Shown here: positions 23,684 through 34,878 of the stretch, piece after piece
Numbering within the stretch: position 1 is the stretch's first letter
Layout: each line of letters opens with the position of its first letter
IMG/VR virus record: IMGVR_UViG_3300034357_000936
Coordinates: 1 to 57,761 of that record
Source: a virus
Lineage: Duplodnaviria > Caudoviricetes
Reading direction: 5' to 3' (one strand)
DNA: 57,761 nucleotides
Made by a program: the position numbers and the translations under genes
The notes under the pieces: model-generated
Seen by the model: the letters and a program-made list of their open reading frames with translations, nothing else
Told to the model about the DNA's origin: nothing
Databases searched by the model: none

Positions 23684-25811
23684 TTATTTTTCCAAACAGT
23701 TTTGTTGGCACAAAGAAAAATTCTGATAAGCTTCGTATCGTTCTGCTTCCATTTTTAAAGACTCTACAGAGTGCATAAAAAAACCATTATCAAAATTAAG
23801 CAAAGGTAAGCAAGTTGATAAAATTTCCCCCTCTTTATCAAACACAAAACGAAAAACACCAATTGTTGAATAAGGGGTTTTGTATATTTTGTCCGTTTTC
23901 CAAACATCATAAATTATACCATCTTTTGAAACGATGTATTCGGGATCAGGAATAACGCGATCCTTTGTTCCGCCAATTTCTACCCATTTTTCGCAAGGAT
24001 TATTTTCTTTATTCATAATTCTTCTGTCCTGTTTTATCTAACCAATAGTCTAAGACTTTTTTCATTCATCATCGACCAAATAATCAGTAGCATAATAATC
24101 TAAAGCTTCCCAAGCTTTGTATGAATTCTTATATGGGCCAAAAGGATCTCCTAGCCAATCATAAAAATACCAACCGTCTTTTTCGAAATATACTCCCCAA
24201 GACTTTTCGTAGTTTCTTTGTGGCTTATTTGATGTCTGGACAAACATATGGATTATATTTGTTAATCTGCCGTTCCCACATATGTATAACCCAACTCTTC
24301 AGCAATTTCTTCTTTAGTCATGTCGCACTCAAGATCACTAAGGAGCATCTTAACAAGTCCACAAGTAAAGTGACAACAACCTTGCCAAGCATCAATTGCT
24401 TTAATTAGATTCCTTGCTTGTTCTGGGTTTAGAGATTTTGCCAAATCTTCTTCTTTAATTTCTATATTCATTCTCCAGTATAGGGGTGATAAATGTCTTT
24501 ATAACTTGGTGGACTTGGTAGTTGTTCTTGAGGGTTGACTGCATAAATACTAGCTGGAATGCAAGCAATATCATTTTCGATCTTGTGAATTGCTTGGGCG
24601 GCATTTTCCGCCTCAACGATGACTGTGCCACGCCAGACGCAATCCGCTGGTCCGCCGCTGTATTTGATAACGTATTTCATTTCACAAAATAATGCCAGAC
24701 TTCTTGATAAAGAATGAGGATTTTGATTTCATTTCCTTCTATGATTAATTGAATTAGTTTCATTTAATTAAATCGGGATCGACTCTGGGATATTTGTCAA
24801 GTTAAATCCTTCGTTTACCGATAGAGTATCATCATAAAATCCTCCAGAAGGAAAAACCTCTTCTCCACAATTTGGGCAAGTATCTAAAGAAGGAGAGAAG
24901 CAATCTCTGCTGGCATTTAAAAACTCAGCACCACAACCTTGTTGAGATTCTTCATCATTATAAATGTGGCATTTAAATTTTCTCCAACCCTGTTTAGATT
25001 TTTGATCGAAAAAGTTATTCGCTTTAAGCAAATAAGAAAAATGAATAGCATCGGAATAGTCTTTTTCATAAATGGCTTGTTTTAAAAGACCATACAGAGA
25101 AACATTTGGGTCCATAATATAAAAGTAATTTTAATAATTAAAGAAAGTAAGATTAAACATTAACTCTGGAAATTCTTCTAAAGAAATACTCACCCAACTA
25201 GAGTTAACAGAAACTTGTTTTGCCACATATTCTTTGCCGATTTCCAAAACTTCAGCATCCTTTTTCATGTTTAAGAACATGGGATAATAAAATTCGGGAA
25301 CACCTTTGAAGGTTAGTTTATCTCCTGCTTTTGGAAACTCTTGTCTTGTGTCGTTCATGATTATTTTGAAAGTTCTTTATTCCAAATTGGACAATTAGAA
25401 TGAGGGATAAGAGTCCCTTCTCCATCTTTTCTCCGAAACAGGGGTAGCGGTTTGCCTACGCCATAATCTAGAAAATAACAAGTTTCTCCAGAACCCATTG
25501 TATACGTCATATAAAATGGACAAACTTGCCCAAGGGTAAAATCTTTAGCACAACAAGGGTTGCCCTCGCTATCGCGATACGCTTCGATTTCAATTGTTCT
25601 TTTTTCTTTCATATTAATATCCGGCTAATTGGAGAATCTTTGCCTCTTCTGGAGAGAGTTCAGAAGAGATTTCTAAGACATCATCTTCTTCAAGTTCTCC
25701 AATTTCCTTGAGAATTTTCTGCAAACTTCTTACAAAAGATCCAACATCAGAAGTCTTATATTCGTAAATAAATTCTTCGGTCGCGATCTTGTAGCTCATG
25801 GTATTTTTCAT
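23684..25811 (-). CDS. Run of small co-oriented hypothetical genes (23684-24016, 24062-24247, 24262-24471, 24468-24680, 24768-25115, 25131-25358, 25361-25612, 25614-25811)
   Basis: Tightly packed minus-strand ORFs behind TTGACA-16-TATATT-5-ATG(25811). Confidence 0.65.
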
Positions 25812-25871
25812 AACCCAATATAACACAAAATAGACTTGTGTCAAGAGCTTTTTAAGACTTTAAGAAAAGAG

Positions 25872-26204
25872 TTAGATGAAATCTTTCTTTTCTTCTTTTA
25901 ACTGCAAGAGTTGAAACACCGTTCCTCCTCTTTTGATTGTCAATATAACTTTATTTTCAAGAAGTTTTCTATATTCAGCACTCCATTCTTCAGCAAATGT
26001 AACCGTTGAAACAATTTCAACAGAACCATTAATTAAGCAAATAAGAACCAACCTACCTTCTTTTATTTCTGCAACGGTCTTTTCGACTCCAGCAATAATT
26101 TCTTTTGCCGCTTCTTCTGGTTTTTGGTTTTGACCAAAGGATAAAGAAGTGATAAAAATAAAACCAAAGAATAAAGAAAGAAGATTTCTGCGAGAGAGTT
26201 TCAT
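25872..26204 (-). CDS. Exported hypothetical protein with Tat-like signal
   Basis: MKLSRRNLLSLFFG. Confidence 0.6.
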   Translation of the reverse strand: MKLSRRNLLSLFFGFIFITSLSFGQNQKPEEAAKEIIAGVEKTVAEIKEGRLVLICLINGSVEIVSTVTFAEEWSAEYRKLLENKVILTIKRGGTVFQLLQLKEEKKDFI

Positions 26205-26857
26205 GATGTTTTAGTGGGGTTTTTGTTTTCTGTTTTTACTTGATAGAAAAAGTTATCATCATCAGACGTTGCCCACTTATCATGAGACTCGCAATGATAT
26301 TTTTTCATATTAAGTTTATAATCTGGAATATTCTTAAACGGTTCAGAAACCATGCTTGGTTCCGCCCAAAGGATTCTATTATTTGGATAGGCACAAAAGT
26401 ATCCATCAGCTAATTCAATAACATGGGCGCATTTATGCTGAGAAGGTTCTTCTGAAAAAGAAGTAGAGATAGAACCAGACATATCGGCATCCCAATCAAT
26501 TGTAAAACGATAAATCCCTTCTCTCTTTGTTCCGTCTTTTAAAAGAACCAAGCAACGCTTACCTTTTAAAAACATGAACTGAGCAACGTGAGGAGAATAA
26601 CTAAAACAATCCCACAATTGAAGAACATGAAAATCTAAATGAGGAGCATCTGGCTTTTCGAAAGGAACCAAAGCACTGATCGGAATCTTATCATATACAG
26701 CACCAATGTCTGTCATGACCAAGAACAGCAAGGCCGTTCCTTGTAGACTCTTTATCGCAAATGCCGTTCCTTCGACAAGCTCGCCATGATGGGCTTCTAA
26801 ATTGTAAAGATACTCTTTACGAATATAGCATTCAATTGGTGGAATATTTATAATCAT
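26201..26857 (-). CDS. Conserved large-phage hypothetical protein
   Basis: NIPPIECYIRKEYLY...LQLWDCFSY...HKCAH...PNNRI. Confidence 0.8.
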   Translation of the reverse strand: MIINIPPIECYIRKEYLYNLEAHHGELVEGTAFAIKSLQGTALLFLVMTDIGAVYDKIPISALVPFEKPDAPHLDFHVLQLWDCFSYSPHVAQFMFLKGKRCLVLLKDGTKREGIYRFTIDWDADMSGSISTSFSEEPSQHKCAHVIELADGYFCAYPNNRILWAEPSMVSEPFKNIPDYKLNMKKYHCESHDKWATSDDDNFFYQVKTENKNPTKTS

Positions 26858-27078
26858 TTTTCTTTGAGTGAATTTAGGTAAAAGAAAACATTAACAAAAG
26901 AATCTACAACCCAACAAACCAACCAATAAAAGCAAGCAACAGACATAAACCATTCTTGCCATTTCATATTGATCGGAATTAGATCATAATAATCCATCAC
27001 TACTGGAACCCAAAAGCTCCAAGTAGTAAGAAGAATTGATGCAATAAAAAATCGAATTTGATTATAGAAGATTTTCAT
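26854..27078 (-). CDS. Small membrane protein
   Basis: Two hydrophobic segments. Confidence 0.55.
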   Translation of the reverse strand: MKIFYNQIRFFIASILLTTWSFWVPVVMDYYDLIPINMKWQEWFMSVACFYWLVCWVVDSFVNVFFYLNSLKEK

Positions 27079-27085
27079 AATATTA

Positions 27086-27865
27086 TTACCAACAAACAAA
27101 TGAATCTTTTTCTTGGTTTTTTGGGATTTTTCCATCTTCCCAAATTTGATTAATCAATACATCACTCCATTCTTCTTCTGCAAGATCTGGGTAACTAAAT
27201 CTTTCTTTTACAGGTCCGCTTAATAGCCAAAGTTGTTTAGTGTCTGTTTTGTGTTTCCACTTACTACCATCTGGGTTTTCCCTTACACTCCAAACTCCTT
27301 TATCTAAAAACAGAGGAAGTGCTGTTCCGTGGGCGTTTTGGGCAGAAACGGTAATGTATTTTAAATCATTTATTTTCATATACTGTTGGACAGACCACTC
27401 TGACCAATCAAGATCACAAAGAGGACCGGGACCACCAAAAGATAAAGGAACTTTAAAATAATTACTTTTACTTATAAAATGCGCTCTTTCACTGTATTGT
27501 CCATGACCCTGATCTCCTGCTACGTCAATATAAAAATACTCACCAGAAAGAATCATTGTTTTAAACTGCAATACGTTTTGTTCTGTTATATCGCAAATCA
27601 GTTGTTGATCCACTTGAATGTAAAAAGCAAAATCCGATTCACATTGTGCAAACAATTGTGAAGTCGCCGCACCACAACCTATATTAATTGAGTTGTTTAT
27701 AACTTTATCACAAAGTCCTTGTTCAAATAATTCATTAGCATATTTTCTTCCGCCATTATTTAATACAACGATTTTATGTTCAAATTTACAATGCTGTCTT
27801 AAGGATTCTAAAAGACTTTTTAACTCTTCTTCCCTATTAAAATCTAATACTAATACCTCTGTCAT
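27086..27865 (-). CDS. GT-A fold glycosyltransferase-like protein
   Basis: LVLDFNR...LLESL...IVVLNNG...NIGCG. Confidence 0.65.
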   Translation of the reverse strand: MTEVLVLDFNREEELKSLLESLRQHCKFEHKIVVLNNGGRKYANELFEQGLCDKVINNSINIGCGAATSQLFAQCESDFAFYIQVDQQLICDITEQNVLQFKTMILSGEYFYIDVAGDQGHGQYSERAHFISKSNYFKVPLSFGGPGPLCDLDWSEWSVQQYMKINDLKYITVSAQNAHGTALPLFLDKGVWSVRENPDGSKWKHKTDTKQLWLLSGPVKERFSYPDLAEEEWSDVLINQIWEDGKIPKNQEKDSFVCW

Positions 27866-27866
27866 G

Positions 27867-28906
27867 TTATTCAACAATTTTTCCATCAACATTCATATAT
27901 TCTCCTGATATTTCGTCAACGCAATAAAGAAAATCAAAATCCTTAAACTTTTCGCATACGATCTTCATTGTTTTTGGCTTTGCGATAGGTTGTCCCGGCA
28001 AGCTAAAGAAGAACTTCCTACCAGAAGCCTTAAGCGTTCCATCTGGAAATACTTTAGATTTTTCGGCAAAGAAACTTTCCTTTACTGAGTTATTAAGATG
28101 ACGTTCAACATATACCCAACCATTTTCAAAATCGCAAATATATGTTTTATATCTAATTGTTTTATCAAGAACTAATTGCATATTATTCCTTCCAAGAAAT
28201 TAAGTAATCGTGAATGATCTCTCTATTGGCTTTATCGAGGATTCTTCCGTTTTCATCTTTAACGGATTCTTCAACAAGAACACCTTCTGGTAGATCGAAA
28301 AGATATTCTAACATTTCAAGTTTCTTCTTGATTCCAAGACCATCTTGTCTTTTGAGAACGCACCATGCTAGATTGATTTCGCCCAATTCTGCTGTGTCAA
28401 TTTGTTGCTTTAAGGTATTCATAAATTAATCAACAAAAGTTATTACACGCTTTTATTAATAAATTTATGCCAAAAATTATCGAAATCAGAACCGTTAAAT
28501 GCCGTATCATAAAGATAAGGTTCTAACCCCTCTCCTTCTTGAATGTCTGTTTCAATCTCTTCCTTGAAGTCATTTAGAATTGATTGATAAATTTCTAATT
28601 CAACAGCTTGCAAGTTATTAATGTGTTTAATTTTTTGTTTAATCTTTTCTTTAATTGGATTCATTTTTTAAGTAGGCTTAAGAGTTTAATGACGCTTTGA
28701 TCGATTTCTGTTACTGAACCATGTTTAACATAACTAATAACAGATTTCCCGTATCCATCAAAGATTTTTGCAAACCAATATTTCTTACCACCTTCTTCTT
28801 TAATTTCATAATCTGAATTAGGAATAAGATCTTCAAGATAAGAAATGGCAATTCTCTTTTTTTCTTCTTCTGGAATTTGTAATTCAATTTCTGCTTTAAT
28901 TTTCAT
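27867..28906 (-). CDS. Four small hypothetical genes (27867-28181, 28183-28422, 28443-28664, 28661-28906)
   Basis: Tightly packed co-oriented ORFs. Confidence 0.65.
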
Positions 28907-29571
28907 TAGTGTGAGAATGCTTCAATGGTATATTTAAAAGGGTTGCCTTCGATATTCTTTACAAGATCCAGCATTGTTGCTGCAATATCTCTGATCTCCT
29001 TTTGGGCGTCAGGCTTGTTACGAAGCTCTAAGAAATGATGAAAGCTACGCCAGTTAAACATTACGTCCGCTTGAATTTGGGAGTTGTAAGTTTTGAAGAA
29101 ACGAGCAGATTCTTTTGCACGTTTGCGACCAAGAACAGGTTCAAGATCTTTGAGACATTCATGGTATAGTTTATTACCTGCTTTGGTATAATTTTCTAGA
29201 ATCTCAGACCATTTATAATAACTGTCTGCAAACTTATCTTCATACTGCGACTTAGCAATACCTTCCCAATCATCAGGAATGTAATACTTGTCTTCCTTTA
29301 GCTCTTTATACCTAGCACTTTCACCATTGATGGAAACACCAACGCGATGCTTAATCAGGTGAACGTGGCTCGCTATTTCGCAATCCACAAGAAAGTGAAG
29401 AGAACTTTTTTCAAAAGGAGTATGATGACCTGCGTCTGCCAGCATCTTAAGAAGGCTAGGAATACGCTCCCTCTTTTCTTCTGTAATATCTCGACTCGTA
29501 GAGGTCCAAGCAGAACATGCGTGAACCTCATCGCTTCCGTAGAATCCAATAAGTTCGATTTTATTATTCAT
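28906..29571 (-). CDS. thyX: FAD-dependent thymidylate synthase
   Basis: HHTPFE, KHR-x7-SARY (RHR variant), NWRSF...LR, AQKEIR. Confidence 0.9.
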   Translation of the reverse strand: MNNKIELIGFYGSDEVHACSAWTSTSRDITEEKRERIPSLLKMLADAGHHTPFEKSSLHFLVDCEIASHVHLIKHRVGVSINGESARYKELKEDKYYIPDDWEGIAKSQYEDKFADSYYKWSEILENYTKAGNKLYHECLKDLEPVLGRKRAKESARFFKTYNSQIQADVMFNWRSFHHFLELRNKPDAQKEIRDIAATMLDLVKNIEGNPFKYTIEAFSH

Positions 29572-29983
29572 TAGTAACAGTAATTTTTGCAAGAGGTTGT
29601 TCTGATGTTTTCATAGGTTCGCCATAATTAACTCCCGACATTTCTTTCCAGTTTCTCTCATCATTCTTGGAAGAGACATAGCCCTGTTTAATGGCGTGTT
29701 CCCATGAGATTTCCTTTCGTAGAACTTGATACAAGTCCCATGCGATGTTGCTTTTTGAGTCTGGATAAGAGTTGAAGGGAGGTTTTTTTAGATGTTTATT
29801 GAGAATTGTTTCAATTGCCAATTGATCGTCGTGATAGCCTTCATAATGGATGCTATTGTAGTCAATGGGAAGGTGATTAAAAATCTCTTTTATCTGACTC
29901 CTTCCTAGACGAGCAAGCAATTCGCAAGCCTGACTTAAAATAGCGGCTTGTTTTTCTGTTAGTTCAATGTTGTAGGTCTTCAT
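29564..29983 (-). CDS. Hypothetical protein
   Basis: TTGACA-16-TATAAT-7-ATG. Confidence 0.7.
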   Translation of the reverse strand: MKTYNIELTEKQAAILSQACELLARLGRSQIKEIFNHLPIDYNSIHYEGYHDDQLAIETILNKHLKKPPFNSYPDSKSNIAWDLYQVLRKEISWEHAIKQGYVSSKNDERNWKEMSGVNYGEPMKTSEQPLAKITVTNE

Positions 29984-30093
29984 CTTTTAAATTATAACAT
30001 ACTTATTACCAATGTCAAGATCTTTTTAAGAAAAAGGGGGCTTGGGAACCAAAACCCAAACCCCCTCAGATCGTCTAACCTAACTATTACCAA

Positions 30094-31116
30094 TTATGAC
30101 AGAAAAACCCTTTCGTTTTCAACCTTTTCTCCAAGTTCTTGGAGAGCGGCAAGAACCTTAGTTTTCGACGGATAATCTGGAGAGAAGGAATTCTGAATCT
30201 GTTTGATAGAGACAGAGGCTTCGTCAAGCACTCCAAGTTCTCCTGCTTGGTTCCACTTCTTATCCAAGTAGTTGGCGATTTTGTCAACAAACTTATCCCA
30301 CCCCCATTCGTTTTCTTTTACTTCTCCGTTTTCAACAGAGACTACAGGGGATTCAATTTCTTGTTTGATTTCTTGAATCACTTCGTATCTAGAAACTCGA
30401 CACTTGCAAGCCTCACGTTCTGGAACAGAAACAACGTCTTTTGGATCGATCTTTACAATCATAACCTTTCCATTTTCTCCTGCCCAATTTTTGGCATATT
30501 CCAAAGATCCAACATGAAGACCATGAGTAGAGCAAGCCTGTCGGCTTGAATCAACGTCTCCTCGATGACATTCAATAACATGACCGGGACCGTTGTAAAC
30601 CTGACCTCCAGAATTGGTTTGTCCTCTTAGAATTCGGGTTTTGGTATTTCCATTGATGGACCAATAATTTTCTTGAACTCCTTTATAAGCAAGGAAGCAA
30701 CCATCTTCAGTAATCGGAAGTTCCCTCACCGAAAGGAAATCAAACAATCCAAATTGATTACTTGAAATATTTTCCAGTTGAACAAGTTCGAACGATGGGT
30801 TTTCCGAATACCGTTGGAAGAATTCCTTAATGCAATGGGTAGGATATCCATCGTCATACAGTCTACGAAGTTTTTCAACGAAAACTGGATGCATTTTAAT
30901 TCCCTCAAATTCGGAAAGGTCTTCCGAAAAGCCTTCTTCAATTACTGGAGAAGAGTCAAGAATTTCTTCAATAGATTCCTTGAGAGTTTCTCCCGTCCAA
31001 CCGTGATCAAATAGTTCCAAAATTTCAGAGAACTTATTAGACGATTTCTTTACATTTACAACTCTATCTCCAAGAAAAAGAGTCATTCCGTTGTTATTGA
31101 TAATATGTGCGATCAT
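30094..31116 (-). CDS. rIIB: rIIB-like protein
   Basis: LFDFL...LPITEDGCFLAYKGV...CSTHGLHVG...VKIDPKDVVSVP...CRVSRYEV. Confidence 0.85.
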   Translation of the reverse strand: MIAHIINNNGMTLFLGDRVVNVKKSSNKFSEILELFDHGWTGETLKESIEEILDSSPVIEEGFSEDLSEFEGIKMHPVFVEKLRRLYDDGYPTHCIKEFFQRYSENPSFELVQLENISSNQFGLFDFLSVRELPITEDGCFLAYKGVQENYWSINGNTKTRILRGQTNSGGQVYNGPGHVIECHRGDVDSSRQACSTHGLHVGSLEYAKNWAGENGKVMIVKIDPKDVVSVPEREACKCRVSRYEVIQEIKQEIESPVVSVENGEVKENEWGWDKFVDKIANYLDKKWNQAGELGVLDEASVSIKQIQNSFSPDYPSKTKVLAALQELGEKVENERVFLS

Positions 31117-32999
31117 GCGATGTTTTTGATTAGATATTTGATTTCTTTTCTGTCGAAGCCATTATAACATAGGTGAGAGCTTCTGTCAACAAGTTTTTTG
31201 TGTAGGACGCTTTTTTCTGAGATTTTTTGCAAACCTTTTTGTAATTTATTCACATAAAAGTTTGCCATGTTAATCTTTTCAACATTCAAAGAATCATTAA
31301 CAAGTTTATTCAAAATCCTTTTCGACCTATTTGAAATTACAGCATTAGAGCAAATAAAACTTACTTCTGTTTTCTTATTTTTCAAATCTGATTCCAGACG
31401 CAAAAGTTTGTTATAAATATTTTTAACCCTTTCGTCGTTCCAGCTATAGTAGCCTTCTTTAATAAGAAGATTAAAAGCCGTTTTACAGCAGTAATTAAGA
31501 TTCGATTCAGCAACACGATTATTCGTTGAAACAATTGAGACACAAACCCTTTTAAGTTCTTTAATATTAGAAAGCTTTTGAAGATCAAAATCTTCTGGAA
31601 TTGGATTTTGTTTTATATACTGTTCAATAGAATACTTTTCTGCCTGAGTTCTACCATAGTCATATTCTCTTTTGAGAAAAGAAAACTCTTGTTTAAGATG
31701 ACTCTTTTCTTTTGGAATGCGAAACTGACTATTTTTCTCTGTAATGCATTCAATAGAGTTATCGATAGATTTGATTTTATCAATATGTTCTTTAAAATCC
31801 TTTGGATTTACATAAGCGTAAATAAAAGCACAATCTGAATTATTTGCTATAAAATAATCAATCTTTCTACGGCTCCAATGAGGCAGCTTACCTTTTTCAA
31901 AGAGGGCGGCAACCTTTTTGGTTTTTCCAATTAAAGATCCTTGGGAGAAACAACGTGGAAATTTAAAATTCTCTGTAATTTTAAACTGAAAACATTCAGA
32001 TTCAATGTTTTGAGAAATCAAATCTTCGTAATTTAATTTAATCAAGGCTTTTGTTTTATCGTAAAAGTCTTGAAGCTGAGAAGAAATTTGATTCCATTTC
32101 TTAATATTTTCTGGAACATCAGACAATGTTTCTCGCGAAGGAGGCATTGAAAACGTTCCAATTGGAACATCGATTAAAGTTCTTGAGCTATTAAATAAAT
32201 TATTGTTTAGATCGAAAAAGTCAGGCAATCGATAGACAATAGAACCCATTCGAATAGATATAGAATAATCTTTTTGAACATCTTTTTGGCAAACTTTAAA
32301 GTTGCCAATATTCCAAACCTTTTCTTTTAATGGGCGAATGGTTGAACTAAAATTTGAACTAAAATGATTAACATATACAACTTTACTTTCTTCAGAAAGG
32401 TCTTGAACAAAGTTTTTAGTAATGGTATTGGCTTTTTCAACATCTGCACTTTGAATGGGAATTCGAACTTCAATACCAGAAGCTTCATTTGTTTCTTCTT
32501 CATTAAACTTAGCAATCTTAGTAATGGAAGAACCCGTTACTCCTCGATCACGATAGAAAACAAATGATGTTTTCTTCTTATTAAAGAAGGAAGTGACAAT
32601 GAAGCTTTCTGCATAACAAATCGGACTCTTTGCACCAATTCCAAAACCTCCAGTAGCGGAGTTCGTAAGATTTTTGGTAGAACAAAAAAGACCACCAAAT
32701 ACTTCCCTCAAATCTTTTTCATCTAGACCCTTGGCAAAATCGCGAACAGATAACCAAGTTTCATTTTTTACGGTTTCAAGATTGATCTCAACATCACGAT
32801 CAATATTATATTTGATATGCTCATCAATTGCATTGGCAGTTGTTTCGCGAATTGCTGCTTCTAACTTGTTAGAATAAATGTCGTTTTGAAACATTTGAGA
32901 GACAATTTCCAAAGCATCAGCATTAACGCTGACAACGGAAACATCTTTAGATTCAAAACCCTGCGAGAGAGTGCCGATTGAGTTGTTTTGTAACTTCAT
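31113..32999 (-). CDS. rIIA: rIIA-like protein (GHKL ATPase N-terminus)
   Basis: IYSNK...IRETTANAID, VRDFAKGL, STK, GGFGIGAKS; directly upstream of rIIB. Confidence 0.85.
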   Translation of the reverse strand: MKLQNNSIGTLSQGFESKDVSVVSVNADALEIVSQMFQNDIYSNKLEAAIRETTANAIDEHIKYNIDRDVEINLETVKNETWLSVRDFAKGLDEKDLREVFGGLFCSTKNLTNSATGGFGIGAKSPICYAESFIVTSFFNKKKTSFVFYRDRGVTGSSITKIAKFNEEETNEASGIEVRIPIQSADVEKANTITKNFVQDLSEESKVVYVNHFSSNFSSTIRPLKEKVWNIGNFKVCQKDVQKDYSISIRMGSIVYRLPDFFDLNNNLFNSSRTLIDVPIGTFSMPPSRETLSDVPENIKKWNQISSQLQDFYDKTKALIKLNYEDLISQNIESECFQFKITENFKFPRCFSQGSLIGKTKKVAALFEKGKLPHWSRRKIDYFIANNSDCAFIYAYVNPKDFKEHIDKIKSIDNSIECITEKNSQFRIPKEKSHLKQEFSFLKREYDYGRTQAEKYSIEQYIKQNPIPEDFDLQKLSNIKELKRVCVSIVSTNNRVAESNLNYCCKTAFNLLIKEGYYSWNDERVKNIYNKLLRLESDLKNKKTEVSFICSNAVISNRSKRILNKLVNDSLNVEKINMANFYVNKLQKGLQKISEKSVLHKKLVDRSSHLCYNGFDRKEIKYLIKNIA

Positions 33000-33133
33000 G
33001 GAGACAATATAAGACGTTTCGTGAAAAAGTCAAGAGCTTTTTGAAAGAAAAAAGTTGGGGCTTTTATGTGCTTACCCCAAAGGTGATGAAACTAACCAGC
33101 ACTTATGCCGACACAATACCTATAAAAAATCAA

Positions 33134-33220
33134 TGGAAGGGGTGGGATTTGAACCCACGGTAGGTTGCCCTACGTTCGATTTCAAGTCGAAAGCCTTAAA
33201 CCAGACTCAGCCACCCTTCC
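33134..33220 (-). tRNA. tRNA-Ser(TGA)
   Basis: GGAAGGG/CCCTTCC acceptor, TTCGA-CTTGAAA-TCGAA, long variable arm. Confidence 0.93.
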
Positions 33221-33272
33221 TCATGTTGAGAACATATCACAAATTTTGCCGTTGTCAAGATCTTTTTTGCAT

Positions 33273-33875
33273 TCATCTAACAATACCCGAGAACCCAATA
33301 TCTTCTCTAACAATATTTAGATCCAATTTTTTACAATGGTATTCTAATAAAGTTTCTGGATGAAATTTACACCCTTCATCAAAGTATTTTTTAATATTAG
33401 GAAATACATCACAAAATTTATCCATCAAATCAGAGGAGCCATATGCAAATTGATCACACACATATCCCCCAACACAATTATGTGGTGTGAATATTTTATC
33501 TTTATCTTCTAAAAAGATAAGAGGTTTTTGAAAAGTGGTATCTGTTCGAAGGCGAACGACTGTATCGTATTTAAAATTGTGTTTATTTTCATGTTTTATT
33601 TTTAAATGATTGCACTTCATTATTTTATAAAACATATTAAGACCATTTTTTACAGATGTCCCTTCTCCTTTTCTGGAATTAAATTGTTCTAAAATAGATT
33701 CATCATAAAAAGATTGTTCGTCTTTTATTATTTCATGTTCTATATTAGATATTGATAAATCTTCATCGCATACAAAAAAAACATCAGTATTATCTCTAAT
33801 TATATTTTCTATAATATTATCTTTGATACGTTCCCAAGATCTAATTTGACCAGTTATACATACAGCTATTTTCAT
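33273..33875 (-). CDS. Glycosyltransferase-like protein
   Basis: MKIAVCITGQIR...YDTVVRLRTD...DQFAYG...HPE. Confidence 0.65.
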   Translation of the reverse strand: MKIAVCITGQIRSWERIKDNIIENIIRDNTDVFFVCDEDLSISNIEHEIIKDEQSFYDESILEQFNSRKGEGTSVKNGLNMFYKIMKCNHLKIKHENKHNFKYDTVVRLRTDTTFQKPLIFLEDKDKIFTPHNCVGGYVCDQFAYGSSDLMDKFCDVFPNIKKYFDEGCKFHPETLLEYHCKKLDLNIVREDIGFSGIVR

Positions 33876-34288
33876 AAGATATAATCACTACATACACCGT
33901 AACATTTATAATTCTTTTCTTTCCATTTCGGATCGTTGTCTACGATTATGGAATTTTCTAAAACATTTTTATTTGGATACGTCCATATAAATCCAGAAGA
34001 AGTTAATGTAAAATCGTCTTCTTGATGCCAGAAACAATTAATATTTTCCTTTAACATGTCACTTAACGCTTCAAGATTTTTAGCATGACACCATAAACCC
34101 TTTTGCATTAAAAAAGAAAAGTCTATTTTATGTTCTGGAAAATCGTGACCCAAATAAAAAGTATTGTCTATTTTCCAAACATCTATTTCGCATTCAATGC
34201 CATCGTTTAAACATTTTTGAATATGCGAAGGAACATTTTCATAAATGCTTGGACCATTTATATTTCCTCTATGAGAGACAATCTTCAT
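33872..34288 (-). CDS. GDPD/PLC-like phosphodiesterase
   Basis: SHRGN, EIDVW, LGHD, HAKN, GVCSDY. Confidence 0.75.
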   Translation of the reverse strand: MKIVSHRGNINGPSIYENVPSHIQKCLNDGIECEIDVWKIDNTFYLGHDFPEHKIDFSFLMQKGLWCHAKNLEALSDMLKENINCFWHQEDDFTLTSSGFIWTYPNKNVLENSIIVDNDPKWKEKNYKCYGVCSDYIL

Positions 34289-34878
34289 CTTTCAAAAAAG
34301 ATATTACATTCATTATTGTGAATATCATTGGCTTCAATTTTATTTATTTTAAAACCATTATCTTGTAAAAATAATACAATATCATCTACAAAATTATCTA
34401 TATTTTTATATAGTGGGTTTTTTGAAAAACCTTCTACAACTCCAGCTTTAAGTTTTGTAATCTCTTCTCCAAAAGATTTAAGAACTTTAAGATCGTTTCC
34501 TTGTGTGTCGCAATGTAAAAAATCTACAGAAGATATGTTATTCTTTTTAATAAAATCGTCAAGCCTTATAACCTCAACGTTTATCTTTTCTGTTACTTTA
34601 AAATCGTTTCTTCCCGGCCAAGTTGATGATAAATCATCTTGAAAAGAATTTAAAGAGCTACATCCCCAATCTGCTTGACCTGCGATATTGAATTCAGCAT
34701 ATCCATTAAAATCTGAGACGGCTTTATTTATAATAATATAATTATCGTCTTTTAATTTATTTAAATATGTTTCAATTAAAAATGGAGTTGGTTCAAAAGC
34801 ATAAACGATATTATTTTTATCATTTTTAAAATGAGCCGAATCTTTTCCACTATTTGCACCTACGTCAAATACTATCAT
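34285..34878 (-). CDS. FkbM-family methyltransferase
   Basis: FDVGANSG, YAFEP, AVSD, LHCDTQG. Confidence 0.85.
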   Translation of the reverse strand: MIVFDVGANSGKDSAHFKNDKNNIVYAFEPTPFLIETYLNKLKDDNYIIINKAVSDFNGYAEFNIAGQADWGCSSLNSFQDDLSSTWPGRNDFKVTEKINVEVIRLDDFIKKNNISSVDFLHCDTQGNDLKVLKSFGEEITKLKAGVVEGFSKNPLYKNIDNFVDDIVLFLQDNGFKINKIEANDIHNNECNIFFER